Translations under genes and position numbers: made by a program
DNA from: Stegostoma tigrinum
Taxonomy: Eukaryota
Length of the DNA stretch: 64,000 nt
Direction: 5' to 3'
Assembly: GCF_030684315.1 (NCBI RefSeq)
Contig: NC_081360.1
Coordinates: 77,799,780 to 77,863,779, forward strand
The notes under the pieces: generated by a model
What the model was told of the DNA's origin: nothing
Database searches by the model: none
What the model saw: only the letters and a program-made list of their open reading frames with translations
Part shown: positions 37,096 through 50,377 of the stretch, piece after piece
Layout: every line of letters starts with the position of its first letter
Position numbering within the stretch: the stretch's first letter is position 1

Positions 37096-38873
37096 ATGGT
37101 TGATTATTCTTTTCATTTTCAGTCTCGTACAGAGCAATTATATCATTGGACAAATCATAACAGGGTAAAACAATTATATTTATGTTGCGACCTGTACAGT
37201 GTAATCAAAGAGAGTGCACTCTTCCTATCTCGTTCATAAACATTCCTCACTCGCTGGATTAGAGCAGTTCAATAACACTGAAGAAACTGGGCACTCTCCA
37301 GAAGTAGGCAGCCCACTTGATTGGCAATTAGTCACCTAAAATAGCCACACCCTTCACCACCAACACATAGTGACAGCAGTCTTCATCATTTGATGTCCTC
37401 TTCAGCCTCCATTGCAAAGAAGAAAAAACAATAATTCTGTTTCCTGCTTTTTTTTTCCAAAATGTGCCTGTTATCCGGAATTTGGTGTACTAGACTCCAG
37501 TAAAATGCTAAGCCCCAATTGAACTCCACAATGAGAACATGCAGCATAGTGAGTCCTCACAAACAACTTTTTTTCCCCTTGTCATTAACAGAAGATACAA
37601 ACTGAAGTTTTTTATGAAGCCAAACAAAATATTTTGTAAACTGAGTGCAGCACAAGGAAATTTGTCTCATTTTCCACCATAAGACATGCTGGAGTCACAT
37701 AATTTGCTTGGTATGCTTCCCAAAGAAATTTAGGATCAAATTTTCTCTTGCCATTTACTTCCAAAAAGATGTATTTATGCTTACACTCCAAGAAACACTG
37801 AAACATTTTCAAATTTCCAGGCAACTGACAATGGCTATGGCAGATAACCCAGCAAATGTCAAACCTTTCAGATATGTATATTTGTCTGTTCCATTCTGCC
37901 ATCCTGTTGCCATTACACTGCAGCTGAGTGTCTGAATGAGCATTTTCCATCAAAAATACATTGAGCAATGCACTTTTCCCTTGTTTATTCAACCTTAACT
38001 AAACATAAACTGAAAGTCCATATAAATTATGTACTAAATTCAGATCCAAAACATTTTGCAATGAGCACTTATTGAGTGAAATCACAGCAGTTTTGTTTTC
38101 TCTTTGAAAGAGGATGCAATCAGCTGCCCATGACTACATCATATTGTGATTTCACACGATTCGAATTCTGAAGAACAAAATATAATGGAAGAGATTATCA
38201 GTTTCTGGATGCAACAATAATAAGGAGGAAATTCAGACTACTCCACCTAATATTTGCTGAATCACTCATTCAACTGTTGGATTGTTCATTGTTAAAAATA
38301 GTCATCTGAAGACTGTTGCTATTTACAATCATTTCCGCTTTAGCTGCAGGAAGTACTGCAATTAATCATAATAATCTCTTCATGTTAAAGATCAGCTGCA
38401 GTGCAATTATTTTTAAGGAAGTCTTGACTATTTTGAGTTGCTAACTATGATCCAATAGAATGGGTGAATAGTTGCATTAGATGAGTCGAGATTTCACTTC
38501 ACTGACATCCCTTTGTTTCAGTTAGAAGTGGCAGGCATTGTAACAGTGTTATCGTGTTTTCAAAAAGCTATAATTGATCTCTACAAAGCAGCAAACAGTT
38601 ACTTTCAGAAAGAAAGACTGTTCATTTTTTCAACAGACAAATGGCATTAAAGTTCGGTGAGGAATAATGAATGCTTTAATTAAAAGTATCTTCAGGCCCT
38701 GTAATTTTCTTTGAAGTGACATAGGAAAAAAATTACAAAGCATGTCAAGAACAATGTTCTCTATTAAGAACCCTTAAAATCTTTAAGTGCACATTACTTC
38801 CAAGTACAAAGTCCAAATAAATGAATAGATTAAGGAAGGGTTGAATATTCTGAACATCAAAGTGACAGAATAA

Positions 38874-39257
38874 CATGGTGTGAAGCTGGAGGAACACAGC
38901 AGGCCATTCAGCCTCAGAGGAACAGGCAAGTTTCAGGTGGGGACCTTTCTTCAGAAATGGGCATTTCCGAATTTCTAAAGAAGAGTCCCAGTCCAAAACG
39001 TCTACTTTCCTGCTCCCTTGATGCTGCCTGGCGTGCTGCCCCCCCCAGCTTCACACTGTGTTATCTCTGACTCCAGCATGAGCTGTTCATTATATCTATG
39101 AGTGAGTTATAACCCCACTGCGAAGCCTCCATTTCTGAAGAAGGGTCCCTACCTGAAACATAAACTTTCCTGCCCCTCTGATGCTGCCTGGCCTGCTATG
39201 TTCCTCTAGCTGCACACTGAGTTATCTCTGACTCCAGCATCAGCAGTTCTTACTATC
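38874..39257. mobile_element. Composite PLE insertion: one inverted plus two tandem pLTRs
   Basis: TSD tcaaagtgaYagaataa at 38857-38873 and 39258-39274. Direct units start at about 38971 and 39131. Confidence 0.85.
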
Positions 39258-40269
39258 TCAAAGTGATAGAATAATTTGTTTAGCACATAAGAACTATAGC
39301 ATTTCTAACATGTATGTTCATGCACTGATAGAGTGGTTAGATAAGTACATTTTCACACACCTCTCCACCATTAAAAAGTTTCATTATCTTCACTACAAGA
39401 TTAACACCCAACAGCACCCCTCCGCCCCCAGTCTCAGCACATCAACATACTACCTTTTGCAATATTAGGTGATTTTCAGCTACAGAATGTTTAGCTTTGT
39501 GCATAAAACGCAGGGCTTATCTTAGTTCCTCTGAAATGTTGAAAGTGCAATTTGCCAAATTTGTTTTAAAAAGTAAACTGCTTTCAAAATACTGAAAATC
39601 TGGAACACAAGAGGGCAGTTGGAGTAAACATGTTCTCATAATAAAAAGTCTTCCAATATTGTATAATGTCATGCTTTCTTGCTTGTCCCAGTTCCATTAT
39701 TTTCTGAAAATCATCCAGTTTAGGTAGTCCTGCCAATGAAATAGAACAACTTCAGTTTTGCAGCCAAATTGGAAACCTGTTGGCAATGCAATTTGTGCAT
39801 GTTATTTTTCTAACCCTTCCTGAAGCGGTTTGGTCATGCCTGGTGGAAACTGATACAAAATTTGCTTTGTTACAATTGCAGACTAATATTTGTGCTGCAC
39901 CTGAAAAAATACAGCTACCGTGTTATACAAACCAGGTTACAATGTGTGTATGAAGTAAGGTAAACAGAGCACAATATCTAAATGTATACCTCTACGTTTC
40001 TTGTTCGTTGTAAGTGGAAATGTCAAACATATTAGAAGTTTAAAATTGTTCAAATTTGTACTTTTCACATAATGATTACATCACTGGTTCGGTCAGCATT
40101 TGCCCTGTAACCCTAATTGCTCTTGAGTGCTTCAGGTATTGTATCATATAATCGTACGGTACAGAAGAGGCCCTTCAGCTGATTGAGTCTTTAATGCCTA
40201 AAGTACACTAATATCTACAATAGTCACACACCAAGCCCGCAGCCTTGAATTTATGATTCCATTCCTAGC

Positions 40270-41020
40270 TCCTCAGACAATATCCGGGATTGGGTTAAAA
40301 GTGGCAATTGACATTCACACTGCACCAATGCTGAACCGTGACCATTTCTAGCAAGAGGCATTCCAAATATTGTCCATTGACATTCAAAGGCCTTATTATC
40401 CACTATCAATAAACTGGGATTACCAATAACTAGAAACTGAACTGAACTAGCTACATAAATTGAGTGGTTATAAGAGCAGTCCAGAAGCTAGGAATGATGA
40501 GGCGAGGAACTCACATCCTGACTCCCCAAAGCCTGTCCATCATCCACAAGATCCACAAGGCAAAGTTCAGGACGATGATGGAACACTCCCCACTTGCTTG
40601 AATAAGTGCAGCTCCAACAATTCTCAAGATGCTTCACAATATCGAGGGCAAAGAAACCTGCTTGATTGGCATCCCATCCATGGACATTCAATCCCTTCAC
40701 CACCAACACTCAGCAGCAGTATTATGTATCATCTACATGTTGTACTGCAGAAATTTATTAAAGCTCTTTAGGCAGCACTTTCCAAACCTACAATCACTTA
40801 CATCAGAACAAGGATAGCAGATAGATGGGAACTCCAAGTATCCCTCCAAACCATCCATTTGAATACTCCATAATATACTTCCGTTCCTTCAGTGTCATGA
40901 GCTCAAAATCCTGGAATACCTTTCTAAAAGCATTTTGGTCTATCTGTAACAGATGAACAGCAAAGGTTTAAGGAAGCTGCTTACCACTGCCTCCTCAAGG
41001 GCAATAAATGAGTGAATTAA
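40270..41020 (+). mobile_element. Old LINE 3' fragment, same group as 32410-33750
   Basis: SLSI..IHKAKFRTMMEHSPLA remnant and a caagggcaataaat tail. Related pieces lie at 37250-37390, 48310-48650 (-) and 48855-49230. Confidence 0.65.
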
Positions 41021-41403
41021 AAATAAAACAAATTCACCGTCTGTCATTGTGGGATTAAAACCAATGTCACCAGAACTTTAACATGGATAACTAGTCTAAC
41101 AACATTATCACTATCCAACCATCTTCCCATGTATTAAAGCGTGAAACCTTTTGAGGTGTGGAAATCACTCGATTACCTTTTCACATTTACTTTTTGACAT
41201 TTCAATGGAGCTCTATATTTCTCACTGAAAATTCCAAATCTGGCCCCATCAAAAGAGCCAAGGTGCATTCAATTGGAGTCCTTCATAGTGTAAGTTCTAG
41301 GAGGAAAATGTGTGGGAGAGGAAGAGAGACAGGTTATGCCCCTTTTTTGCATCATTCACTGTTGAATACTGGATAAAGTTTCACTCACCAACACATTGAA
41401 AAG

Positions 41404-41740
41404 GCAGCATGTGTGGCTCAATGATTAGCACTGCTGGCTCTCAGCATCTGGGTTCAACTCTAGCCTCAGATGAGTGGTTATGTCGAATTTGCATATTGTC
41501 CCTGTATCTGCTTAGATTTTCTCTGGGTTTCCTCCTACGGTCCAAAAGTGTGCAGGTTAGGTGGATTGGTCATGCTAAATTGCCCTTGTTTTCTGGAGAT
41601 GTGCACGCTGGAGTGGATTACCCCTGAAATATACAGAGTTACAGGGATTGAGCAAGTTGGATCAGGGTAGGATGCTCTTCAGAGGGTCAGTTGAAATCAA
41701 TGGGCTAAGTGGCCTGTTTCCACACTGTAGGAATTCTATT
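41404..41740 (+). mobile_element. HE1/V-SINE-type SINE, diverged
   Basis: gtggctcaatgattagcactgc..gggttcaac..gtccaaaagtgtgcaggttaggtggattgg..ggcctgtttccacactgtagg. Confidence 0.85.
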
Positions 41741-42324
41741 AATCAAAAGCCTGAAGTGTTGAGAAAAGCATTTTGATGTGTTCATGAATGAGTGTGAGTA
41801 AATTCAATGCATAAGTGGCATAATGGGTAGGGCGAAATAGAAAGGCAAGGTGGACAAGGTGGCATGATGCAAGATGGATAGGGTGGCAGGTCAAGTAGGG
41901 CAGTGTGAGCAGGGAGGAATATGGAAGGGTGAGTAGGCTGCTGCAGTTGATTCAGATCCTGTTGTAGTGAATCAGTGTCAATTGTTTCAAGAAGTTTGGA
42001 GAGATTAGTGCATTAATGATGAGATGGGGAGGTGGCGAAGCTAGAGGCTCAGGCAAATCAGAATGAGGGAATTTCCACTTTCAGGGGTGTCACAGGATAA
42101 ATGCAGATTCTGAAGTTTGGTGGAGAACTGGAGAGTGAGAGAATCAGGGAATCTTGGGAGCAGGAGTTGAAGGTAGTGTTGTATAATTGTCTAGAGGTTA
42201 GAGTGAGTTTAAATCCGTTCACAGTTCCTATGCAACCAATCAGATGTATAACTCTGATTTGGAGACAGTGGTGCAAGGGAGCTGGGAAACTCAATTTAAC
42301 TCCTTAGGCAATTCCTGTACAGTA

Positions 42325-42610
42325 ATTGCATCAGAACTTTGAAGGGACAGATGGTGGAATTTGAATCCATAAAATATCTGGATTTAAGAATCTAATGATG
42401 ACCATGAATCTTTGCTGATTGTCGGAAAGGCCCATCTGGTTCACTGATGTCCTAGAGGGAAAGAAACTGTCATCCTTATCTGGCCTGGTTGACATGTGAC
42501 TCCAGATCCACAGCAATGTGGTTGACTCTGATTTGCCCTCTGGGAAATTAGGGATGGGTAATAAATGCTGCTGAGCCAGCAACACCCTCCTGCTATTAGT
42601 GAATACCAAA
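42325..42610 (+). mobile_element. SINE body and tail
   Basis: cccatctggttcactgatgtcc..cacagcaatgtggttgactct..gggaaattagggatgggtaataaatgctg. Relatives at 18485, 46300 and 54535. Confidence 0.75.
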
Positions 42611-43262
42611 AATAAGGTGCATCTTTGTGTATAAGTCTGATTTTTGACTAACCAGATACTGGAAGGTTTAGACTTTTGCTTTCATCAATGTGTGAACTAA
42701 TGTAGCCAGCAGCGCATCCTAACGAATAATAATCAAAATGGTCTTCTTTTCAACAATGCATTTGATCTGTTCAAAGCACTTTTAAAAAAAAAGTCATCTG
42801 TTGTCTATGTTAGGTCATATATTATTTCCAACATTTAGAAAATTATCATCATTAATCAGGTGAAATGTAATTTGAGAAGTTAACATTTACAATATATTAA
42901 CGAAACCACGGGGAAAGAAAAAAACTGGTTCAATAGTCATCTTCATAACTACCCATCTAAATATGCAGAATACAAAGCCAAAGAACAGAATGCTGGAAGC
43001 CTGAAACAAACCAAATAGTACGTTTTCCACTTTTGTGTAATAAGCAACCCATGTGAAAATTGCATGTCGCTGGGCTTAAAAATTTAAATCAATGTATTCT
43101 GAAAATTTTGATGATCATAAGTTTAAAAAACAAAATCAAAATGTAGCAACTGGTTGCAGTTTTATTAATGCCGATCAAATTTGGTTAGTCAGAAGAATAA
43201 ATAAACATTTTTGATTGGATTGTCCAGTCCATTATTTGTGACTCACTCTATTTCAGAAACTG

Positions 43263-44159
43263 AACATAGAACATAGAACATAGAACAGTACAGCACAGAA
43301 CAGGCCCTTCAGCCCACAATGTTGTGCCGACCATTGATCCTCATGTATGCACCCTCAAATTTCTGTGACCATATACATGTCCAGCAGTCTCTTAAATGAC
43401 CCCAATGACCTTGCTTCCACAACTGCTGCTGGCAACGCATTCCATGCTCTCACAACTCTCTGCGTAAAGAACCTGCCTCTGACATCCCCTCTATACTTTC
43501 CACCAACCAGCTTAAAACTATGACCCCTCGTGCTAGCCATTTCTGCCCTGGGAAATAGTCTCTGGCTATCAACTCTATCTATGCCTCTCATTATCTTGTA
43601 TACCTCAATTAGGTCCCCTCTCCTCCTCCTTTTCTCCAATGAAAAGAGACTGAGCTCAGTCAACCTCTCTTCATAAGATAAGCCCTCCAGTCCAGGCAGC
43701 ATCCTGGTAAACCTCCTCTGAACCCTCTCCAAAGCATCCACATCTTTCCTATAATAGGGCGCCCAGAACTGGACGCAGTATTCCAAGTGCAGTCTAACCA
43801 AAGTTTTATAGAGCTGCAACAAGATCTCACGACTCTTAAACTCAATCCCCCTGTTAATGAAAGCCAAAACACCATATGCTTTCTTAACAACCCTGTCCAC
43901 TTGGGTGGCCATTTTAAGGGATCTATGTATCTGCACACCAAGATCCCTCTGTTCCTCCACGCTGCCAAGAATCCTATCCTTAATCCTGTACTCAGCTTTC
44001 AAATTCGACCTTCCAAAATGCATCACCTCGCATTTATCCAGGTTGAACTCCATCTGCCACCTCTCAGCCCGTCTCTGCATCCTGTCAATGTCCCGCTGCA
44101 GCCTACAACAGCCCTCTACACTGTCAACGACACCTCCGACCTTTGTGTCGTCTGCAAAC
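43263..44159 (-). mobile_element. Young 5'-truncated CR1, copy B
   Basis: Open ORF 43355-44161 from FADDTK to the C-terminus; (catagaa)n tail. Confidence 0.96.
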
Positions 44160-44539
44160 ATTACTTAAAAATTTGTACAAAAACATTTATTCGTTACATG
44201 GGTAGACAGTAGAGAATTTCTTACTGGTGAGAAAAGTACTTTTAAAAGATTTTCTCATTTGCCTTGCGTACTTATGCTCAGAAGAGCAGCCTTTATTTTA
44301 AGAACATTATTAACAAATGCGTACAATCAGCAGGAACTCACAAAAGTGATTAATATTATCTGGAGATCTGGACAATTGTGTGAGAAGGGCATACCCCTCG
44401 TGACTGATGCAAAATAACTCAAATTTTCTATGTGTTGAATGCAGTTTATGCTTAAACAGAATAATATTCTGAAATGTTAGGCAAATTACGCTGTGAAAGC
44501 AACTAAACAATAAGAACAACTCATGAGAATTTACAGACA

Positions 44540-44600
44540 CAGTTCTGATGAAGGGTCCTCACTTGAAACATTAACTTGTCCCTTGTTTCTCTGATGCTGA
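44540..44600 (+). mobile_element. Decayed PLE pLTR fragment with hammerhead-like motif
   Basis: agttctgatgaagggtcctcacttgaaacattaact, with stem I agtt/aact retained. Confidence 0.55.
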
Positions 44601-45074
44601 ACAAATTTGTGAAAAATGTGTTATTTGAGTTTATTTTCTGTATGTTTTGAGCATATTTTATATGTTTTTACATAGATATTCCGCACATTAGAAAAGCCTC
44701 ATAAGCATTTTACCATGGTTTCTAAAATGTGAAATGTCAAAAGGTTTTCATTTCTGGGTGAAGAATGATCTGTCTAAAAATAAAGTTGGTATTATTCCAT
44801 TGTAATTCACGAGCATGACATGCAAAATAAATTGACTGGTGATGTAATTTGGATAGTAGATAAACATGTAAAGAGAAAAGCAACCCCAAGATACTTCAAG
44901 ATAGGGATTGAAAATTAACATTGACATGCTTAACAGGTAATGTTTTAAGATTATGAATTAAATACATCATTTTTGACCACACTTCAGGTTCCAGAAAGAA
45001 TTGCTCCTCAAAAGTTTTCATTGACTTATTGCACAGAATTGCATTTCTAACACAGCTAACTATCATGACTAAGG

Positions 45075-45198
45075 TAATAAAATGTGAGGCTGGATGAACA
45101 CAGCAGGCCGAGCAGCATCTCAGGAGCACAAAAGCCTACTGTGTTCATCCAGCCTCACATTTTATTATCTTGGATTCTCCAGCATCTGCAGTTTCCAT
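45075..45198. mobile_element. PLE pLTR hairpin insertion lacking its centre, 14-bp TSD
   Basis: TSD tatcatgactaagg at 45061-45074 and 45199-45212. Confidence 0.9.
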
Positions 45199-45371
45199 TA
45201 TCATGACTAAGGCCTTGCTGAGACCAATTCCTTGCTATTCTTATTAATTTCAACAGACTTGGAAGACTCCTCTCACTCATGCTAATTAAGATCTGTCACT
45301 CTTGCATATATAATATTAAGATATTGTTGTCCAGCTACTTGTTGAGGCTCCAAATTGCTGAGAAACAAGAT

Positions 45372-45895
45372 AAAAACCTGCAGAAGCTGCAGATCTGAAA
45401 CAAAAAAAAACTACTGGAAGAAGCTCAGTAGGTCTGGCAAAATACTGTAAGATATAGGAACAGAATTAAGCCATTTGGGCCATCAAGTCTGCCCCATCAT
45501 TCAATCATGGCTGATTTTTTTTTACAACTTAGTTCTCCTATCTTCTCCCCATAATCCTTGCTCCCTTTACTAATCAAGAACCCATCTATCTCGGTCTGAC
45601 ATACACTCAATGACTTGGTCTCCACAACCCTCTGCAGCAATGAGTTCCACAGAGTTACCACCCTCTGACAGAAGAAATTCTTCCTCACCTCAGTTCTAAA
45701 ATGTCGTCCTTTCAATCTGAAGCTATAACCTTCGGTCCTAGTCTCTCCTACTGGTGGAAACATCTTCTCCATGTCCCCGTTATCACTGCCTCTCAATATT
45801 CTGTGAGTTTCAATCAGATCTCCCCTCACCCAACCTTCTATACTCCATTGAGTATAGATAACATCTGTAGAGAGATACACAGAGTTAACTTTTCC
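45372..45895 (-). mobile_element. PLE pLTR fragment split by a CR1 3' fragment (about 45445-45858, minus strand)
   Basis: ..gctcagtaggtctggca [CR1, ORF 45497-45880 GDLIET..FFCQRVVTLWNSL] acatctgtagagag..agagttaac. Confidence 0.7.
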
Positions 45896-46070
45896 ATTCC
45901 CTTAACCCATTGTCAATTCTGACGTAAGGAGAGATTTTGCTTTAGTTTGTTATGTTTTCATTTTCAATATACTCACACAATTGACTGTATCATGCTACAA
46001 GATATAATGAGTAGCATTGGAATCATTGAACTTCAGCAAACCGATCTGTCAACTAAACATTCACCCATGG

Positions 46071-46269
46071 GATAACAAAGTGTGAAGCTGGATGAACACA
46101 GCAGGCCAAGCAGCATCTTAGGAGCACAAAAGCTGACGTTTCAGGCCAGACCCTAGGCCCGAAACGTCAGCCTTTGTGCTCCTAAGATGCTGCTTGGCCT
46201 GCTGTGTTCATCCAGCTTCACACTTTGTTATCTCGGATTCTCCAGCATCTGCAGTTCCCATTATCTCTG
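46071..46269. mobile_element. PLE pLTR hairpin insertion, 12-bp TSD
   Basis: TSD attcacccatgg at 46059-46070 and 46270-46281. Inverted arms are about 75 bp. Confidence 0.92.
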
Positions 46270-47179
46270 ATTCACCCATGGAGTGTGTGCATTGCTGTCT
46301 AGCTAACATTTATTGCCTGTCCCTAGCTGCCCTTCAGAAGGTGGCGATCAGCTGCCTTCTTGAACTGCTGCAGTCCACATGCTCTACGCTGACCAACAAT
46401 AACCTTAGTGAGGGAATTACAGGATTTTGACCCAGCAACAGTGAAGAATAGATCTAGCCAGGAGTCAACGGAGATTGGACAGCATCGAGAAAAATTAAAA
46501 GTCAATGGAAATCAGGGAAAAAAAGAACTCTCTATTTGTTGAATTATTGGAACAAAGAAAGATGCCTACAATTGTTGGAAATCACCCTAACACCAGACCA
46601 TCACTTCAGAGGTTCCTCAAAGTAATTTCTCAATCAACCATCTTCAACCAATTCATCAATGACATTCTTCTAAAGTCAGAGGGAGAGATATTTGCTGTTG
46701 ATTGCATATTTACATGGCAGTGTTCCATTTCACAAAATGCTGGCTTGTATTGTGATCATCAACTCACTGTTAAGCATTTGATTTAGCTCAGGAGACCCAC
46801 TCTGCGTTGGCAATTCCTATTACCTTTTGGGCAGAGGAAGACAAAAGCTAACAACGTGCCCAATGTGTGCTCCTTTGTTTTTTATGTATCCCCTGTTTTT
46901 GGCCATCTGAGTTTTTCATTCCTTTTTGCTTCTTCCAATTCTCTTTGAATTATTAAGTTAACAAACGTCATTGTCATCAGCACCCTGCCTTCTAATTTTC
47001 AGTGTCAACATTCACCAGCTTCATTTCTTCTATGCAGGAAAATTTTATAACTTAAGCATGGGCACCTAGGAGGTCACAACCCAGTGGCCTATTTATTGTA
47101 CAGAAAGGTTTTATCTGTACAGCAATCAACCTGATGTACCTGACCAAATGGTTAATAATATAGCAATGAATGAATCAGC

Positions 47180-47630
47180 ATCTAAAGATTCTAAGGATAC
47201 ATATGCAATAGCTAATGTGCAGCATAACTGTTCAGCCGGCTTAACATATGATTCTTGGGTCTCAGTACAATTGAAGACTGCATTGAGAATGTATTCTTGT
47301 TAGACTTGCAGTTTGGTGCTTTCAGTCAGGCTGTTGTTGTTCCATACTCTCTCACTCAGCTGAGACAGGACAACTGTAGCTTTTGAAATGCGTGCACTGA
47401 TTTCAGCATTAAATGGCAGATTGCTGATGATTGTGGAGCCTAGATATGTGAAGTTATCAGCAACCTCCAGCATCACTTGCCAAAGCTGATATATGGAATG
47501 CAGCAAAATTCTAGAACATGAAGGTCATCCTACTGATGTTAATGATCAAACCAAACTATTTACACATGATTGATTTTGCCCATTTTCCAGCACAGTTGTA
47601 CCTCAGAATGATACTGTTATATCTGCAGCT
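47180..47630 (-). mobile_element. RTE-type LINE fragment
   Basis: ORF 47300-47506 reads LEVADNFTYLGSTI...EISARISKA...RVWNN..LT..TKLQV. Confidence 0.8.
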
Positions 47631-47908
47631 GGAAACAATTCTGAGAATAACTTGGTGAGTCTGTGTCTTAGATTTCAAGCAGGAGAGCTGGAAAGCACTC
47701 TGTCAGTTCTGGTGTTTAAGGAGATTATCTAAAGGCAGATAACAGCAGCAATGAAACTGTTTGTCCCGTGTGGAGTTAAAGAATACTGATATTACTTCAT
47801 CAGAGCCGACCTTATTTATCATGTTGTCAAATCTGTTGACGTTGAGCACCTTCGAGACAGAGTCTTGTTTTTTCCATAAGTTAAGCAAACTGCTTCTACT
47901 CAAGATCA

Positions 47909-47987
47909 TAAAATGTGAGGCTGGATGAACACAGCAGGCCCAGCAATATCTCAGGAGCACAAAAGCTGAATTTTCGGGCCTAGACCC
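47909..47987 (-). mobile_element. 79-bp single-arm PLE pLTR insertion, 14-bp TSD
   Basis: TSD tctactcaagatca at 47895-47908 and 47988-48001. Confidence 0.9.
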
Positions 47988-48659
47988 TCTACTCAAGATC
48001 AAATGTTTTATTGAGATCAATAAAGGCAATATATGGGAGTGTCATTGTTTAAAGAATCTCTCTAGGAGCTGCCAGAATGAAATGTTCATGTTAATTGTAA
48101 AGGAATTGGAAAATATTCAGTTCCTGGTCTAATTCCTCAGGTACAGAAGTAACCTTCACCCCCACACAAGAAGACCAGGGCAACTTTCAGGCTTAGATTG
48201 GGAGGGAAAGTAAGCAAAGTTGAGTAATCAGATCAATCATGATCTTATGGAATTAGATGTAGATTTCAAAGGATTATGTATTCTTCTCCTGCTCATACAT
48301 CAAGTTTTCATGTATTCATATTCACACTACACAAGTACCAGTTAATGATCATTGTAATCAAAAGTGAATCTATTTTTCCTTGGTATTCAACTGCATAGCC
48401 ATCACTGAGTCCCAGACCATAAAATCCTGAGGGGAAAACTTTGATAAGGAACTTCACTGGACCAGTCAGCAAAATGCTATGGCTATAAGAGCAGATAAAA
48501 GGCTGGGAATTAGGTGATGATTGACTCCACACCTGATTCTCTAAAGTAGAATGAATATCTGCACAGCACACCAGATGGAATACCCCCACCTACCTTGATG
48601 TCATGCAACATCAAACACTCTCAAAAGGCTTGAGTTCACCAGTACAAAACAGACTGCAA

Positions 48660-48810
48660 TAAAAGCACAAAGTACTGGAAAGCTCAGCAGCTCTGACAGC
48701 ATCAGGAGAGGAGTCTTTGGACGTGAAACATCAGTGCAGTTTCTCTCTTCTCAGATGTTGCCAGACCTGAGTTTCTTCAGCAATTTCTGTTTTCACTTCA
48801 GATCTCTAAA
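48660..48810. mobile_element. Degenerate PLE pLTR fold-back fragment
   Basis: gctcagcagctctgacagcatc inverted against gatgttgccagacctgag. Confidence 0.5.
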
Positions 48811-50203
48811 TTTCTCAAAGTTTTGCTTTGAATTGACAATGTGATTTGAAAACAAATCCAATTCCTTCAACATCGACTCCCTCCACTAACGGTGCACAAT
48901 GTGGGTCATCTACAAGATACATTGCAACTACATGCCTAGTCTTCTTCTGCAGCACATTTAAAACTATCACCTCTAATTCTAAGAGAGCCAAGGGCAGAAA
49001 ATGAACCATCACCATTTGCCATCCTTATTTGTAACTATATTGCCAATACTTCACCAATACTTTGTCAAAATTCAGAGACGTTCTCCGAACAGCACCGGGT
49101 ACATTGATACCCAATGACTGCAACAGTTCAAGAAGATTCATTATTATATTCTGAGGAACATTTAAGGATAGGGGGTAAATACTATCTTTGCCAATGCCAC
49201 TTACAACCCAATAATGATTTTTTAAAAAGTTTCCTTCTGTGTTGTGCGGTTAAGAATGCAGATGTCTCTAAAGCAGTGTCTCTCCTTGCAGCTCTGCAAT
49301 ATTCTAAATCATGAATCCAAACAGAAACTGACATGAAGATCAACAAATAAAAAGGCTTCACTGTCTAAGGAATGTAATACAAACATAAAGCTGTTACAGA
49401 AGATTTGATTATTGCATGTGAAGGCTGACACTTAGCGTATTAGGTTGACATACATTTGCAGCAACATGCACAAGCACAATATGGAGGGATGCAGAGGTCT
49501 GTTCTTTGAGTATTGAGCACAAAGGTTATTAATTCACAATCACACGAAAGTGCACCACTGGATTTATTGGAATTCTGCCACCCACAATAAATAGCCATCC
49601 CCTCCAGAATTGTTGGTGGCAATTGAATTTTGCAGACGAAAGACCTTGAATAGATGATGTTCAGACTGGAAGATAAATATTCAAATGATTTTGACTTTAA
49701 AAAAGAACATTAGGAATTATACTTCATGTCACCTGGCTTTTCCCAACCTATAGCTATGTTCATTAAGGAAAGAGAGATCTATGAAGCAGCAAGTAATACA
49801 TATTTTGCATCCAGTGCCAGTATCAAGTATGTCAGTGTCATCAATAACACAGTATACATGCAACGTTAAGCTGCAACTACAATATCCAGTGATGGCCTCA
49901 GTGAGTTTTCAGAAAAATGTTCCAGGCTGATGGCAGTTTTATTTATTTATTTTGATCTGTGAGAATGAAAATGCTGAAATTGTGTCTATTCATTGATAGC
50001 CTTTCCAACAATTAATCAAGCTCAAATGAATGTGACAGCTTAATGCAACCAAAAATTTGAATATTGCCAGCGCAAAGTTATTAGCTGAGCATTTGCCAAG
50101 AATCCTAAAGTATTACTTAAAAATACACAGAAAAATAATTAGAGATAATAAAATGTGAGGCTGGATGAACACAGCAGGCCCAGCAGCATCTCAGGAGCAC
50201 AAA

Positions 50204-50238
50204 AGCTGACGTTTCGGGCCTAGGCCCTTCATCAGAGA
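50204..50238 (-). ncRNA. Minimal hammerhead ribozyme motif in the PLE pLTR
   Basis: Minus strand reads CT-CTGATGA-A-GGGCCTAGGCCC-GAAA-CG-TC-AG. The core is complete with a GUC triplet, but stem I is only 2 bp. Confidence 0.65.
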
Positions 50239-50377
50239 GGGGGATGGGGAGAGGGCTCTGGAATAAATAGGGAGAGAGGGGGAGGCGGACCAAAGCTGGG
50301 GAATAAAGAAGATAGGTGGAGAGAGTATAGGTGGGGAGGTAGGGAGGGGATAGGTCAGTCCAGGGAAGACGGACAGG

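Noticed and set aside
43660-44212. Long overlapping ORFs in alternative and antisense frames (also 60871-61499, 57225-57808, 50391-51474)
   Set aside because: They are shadows of CR1 or PLE ORFs, not independent genes.
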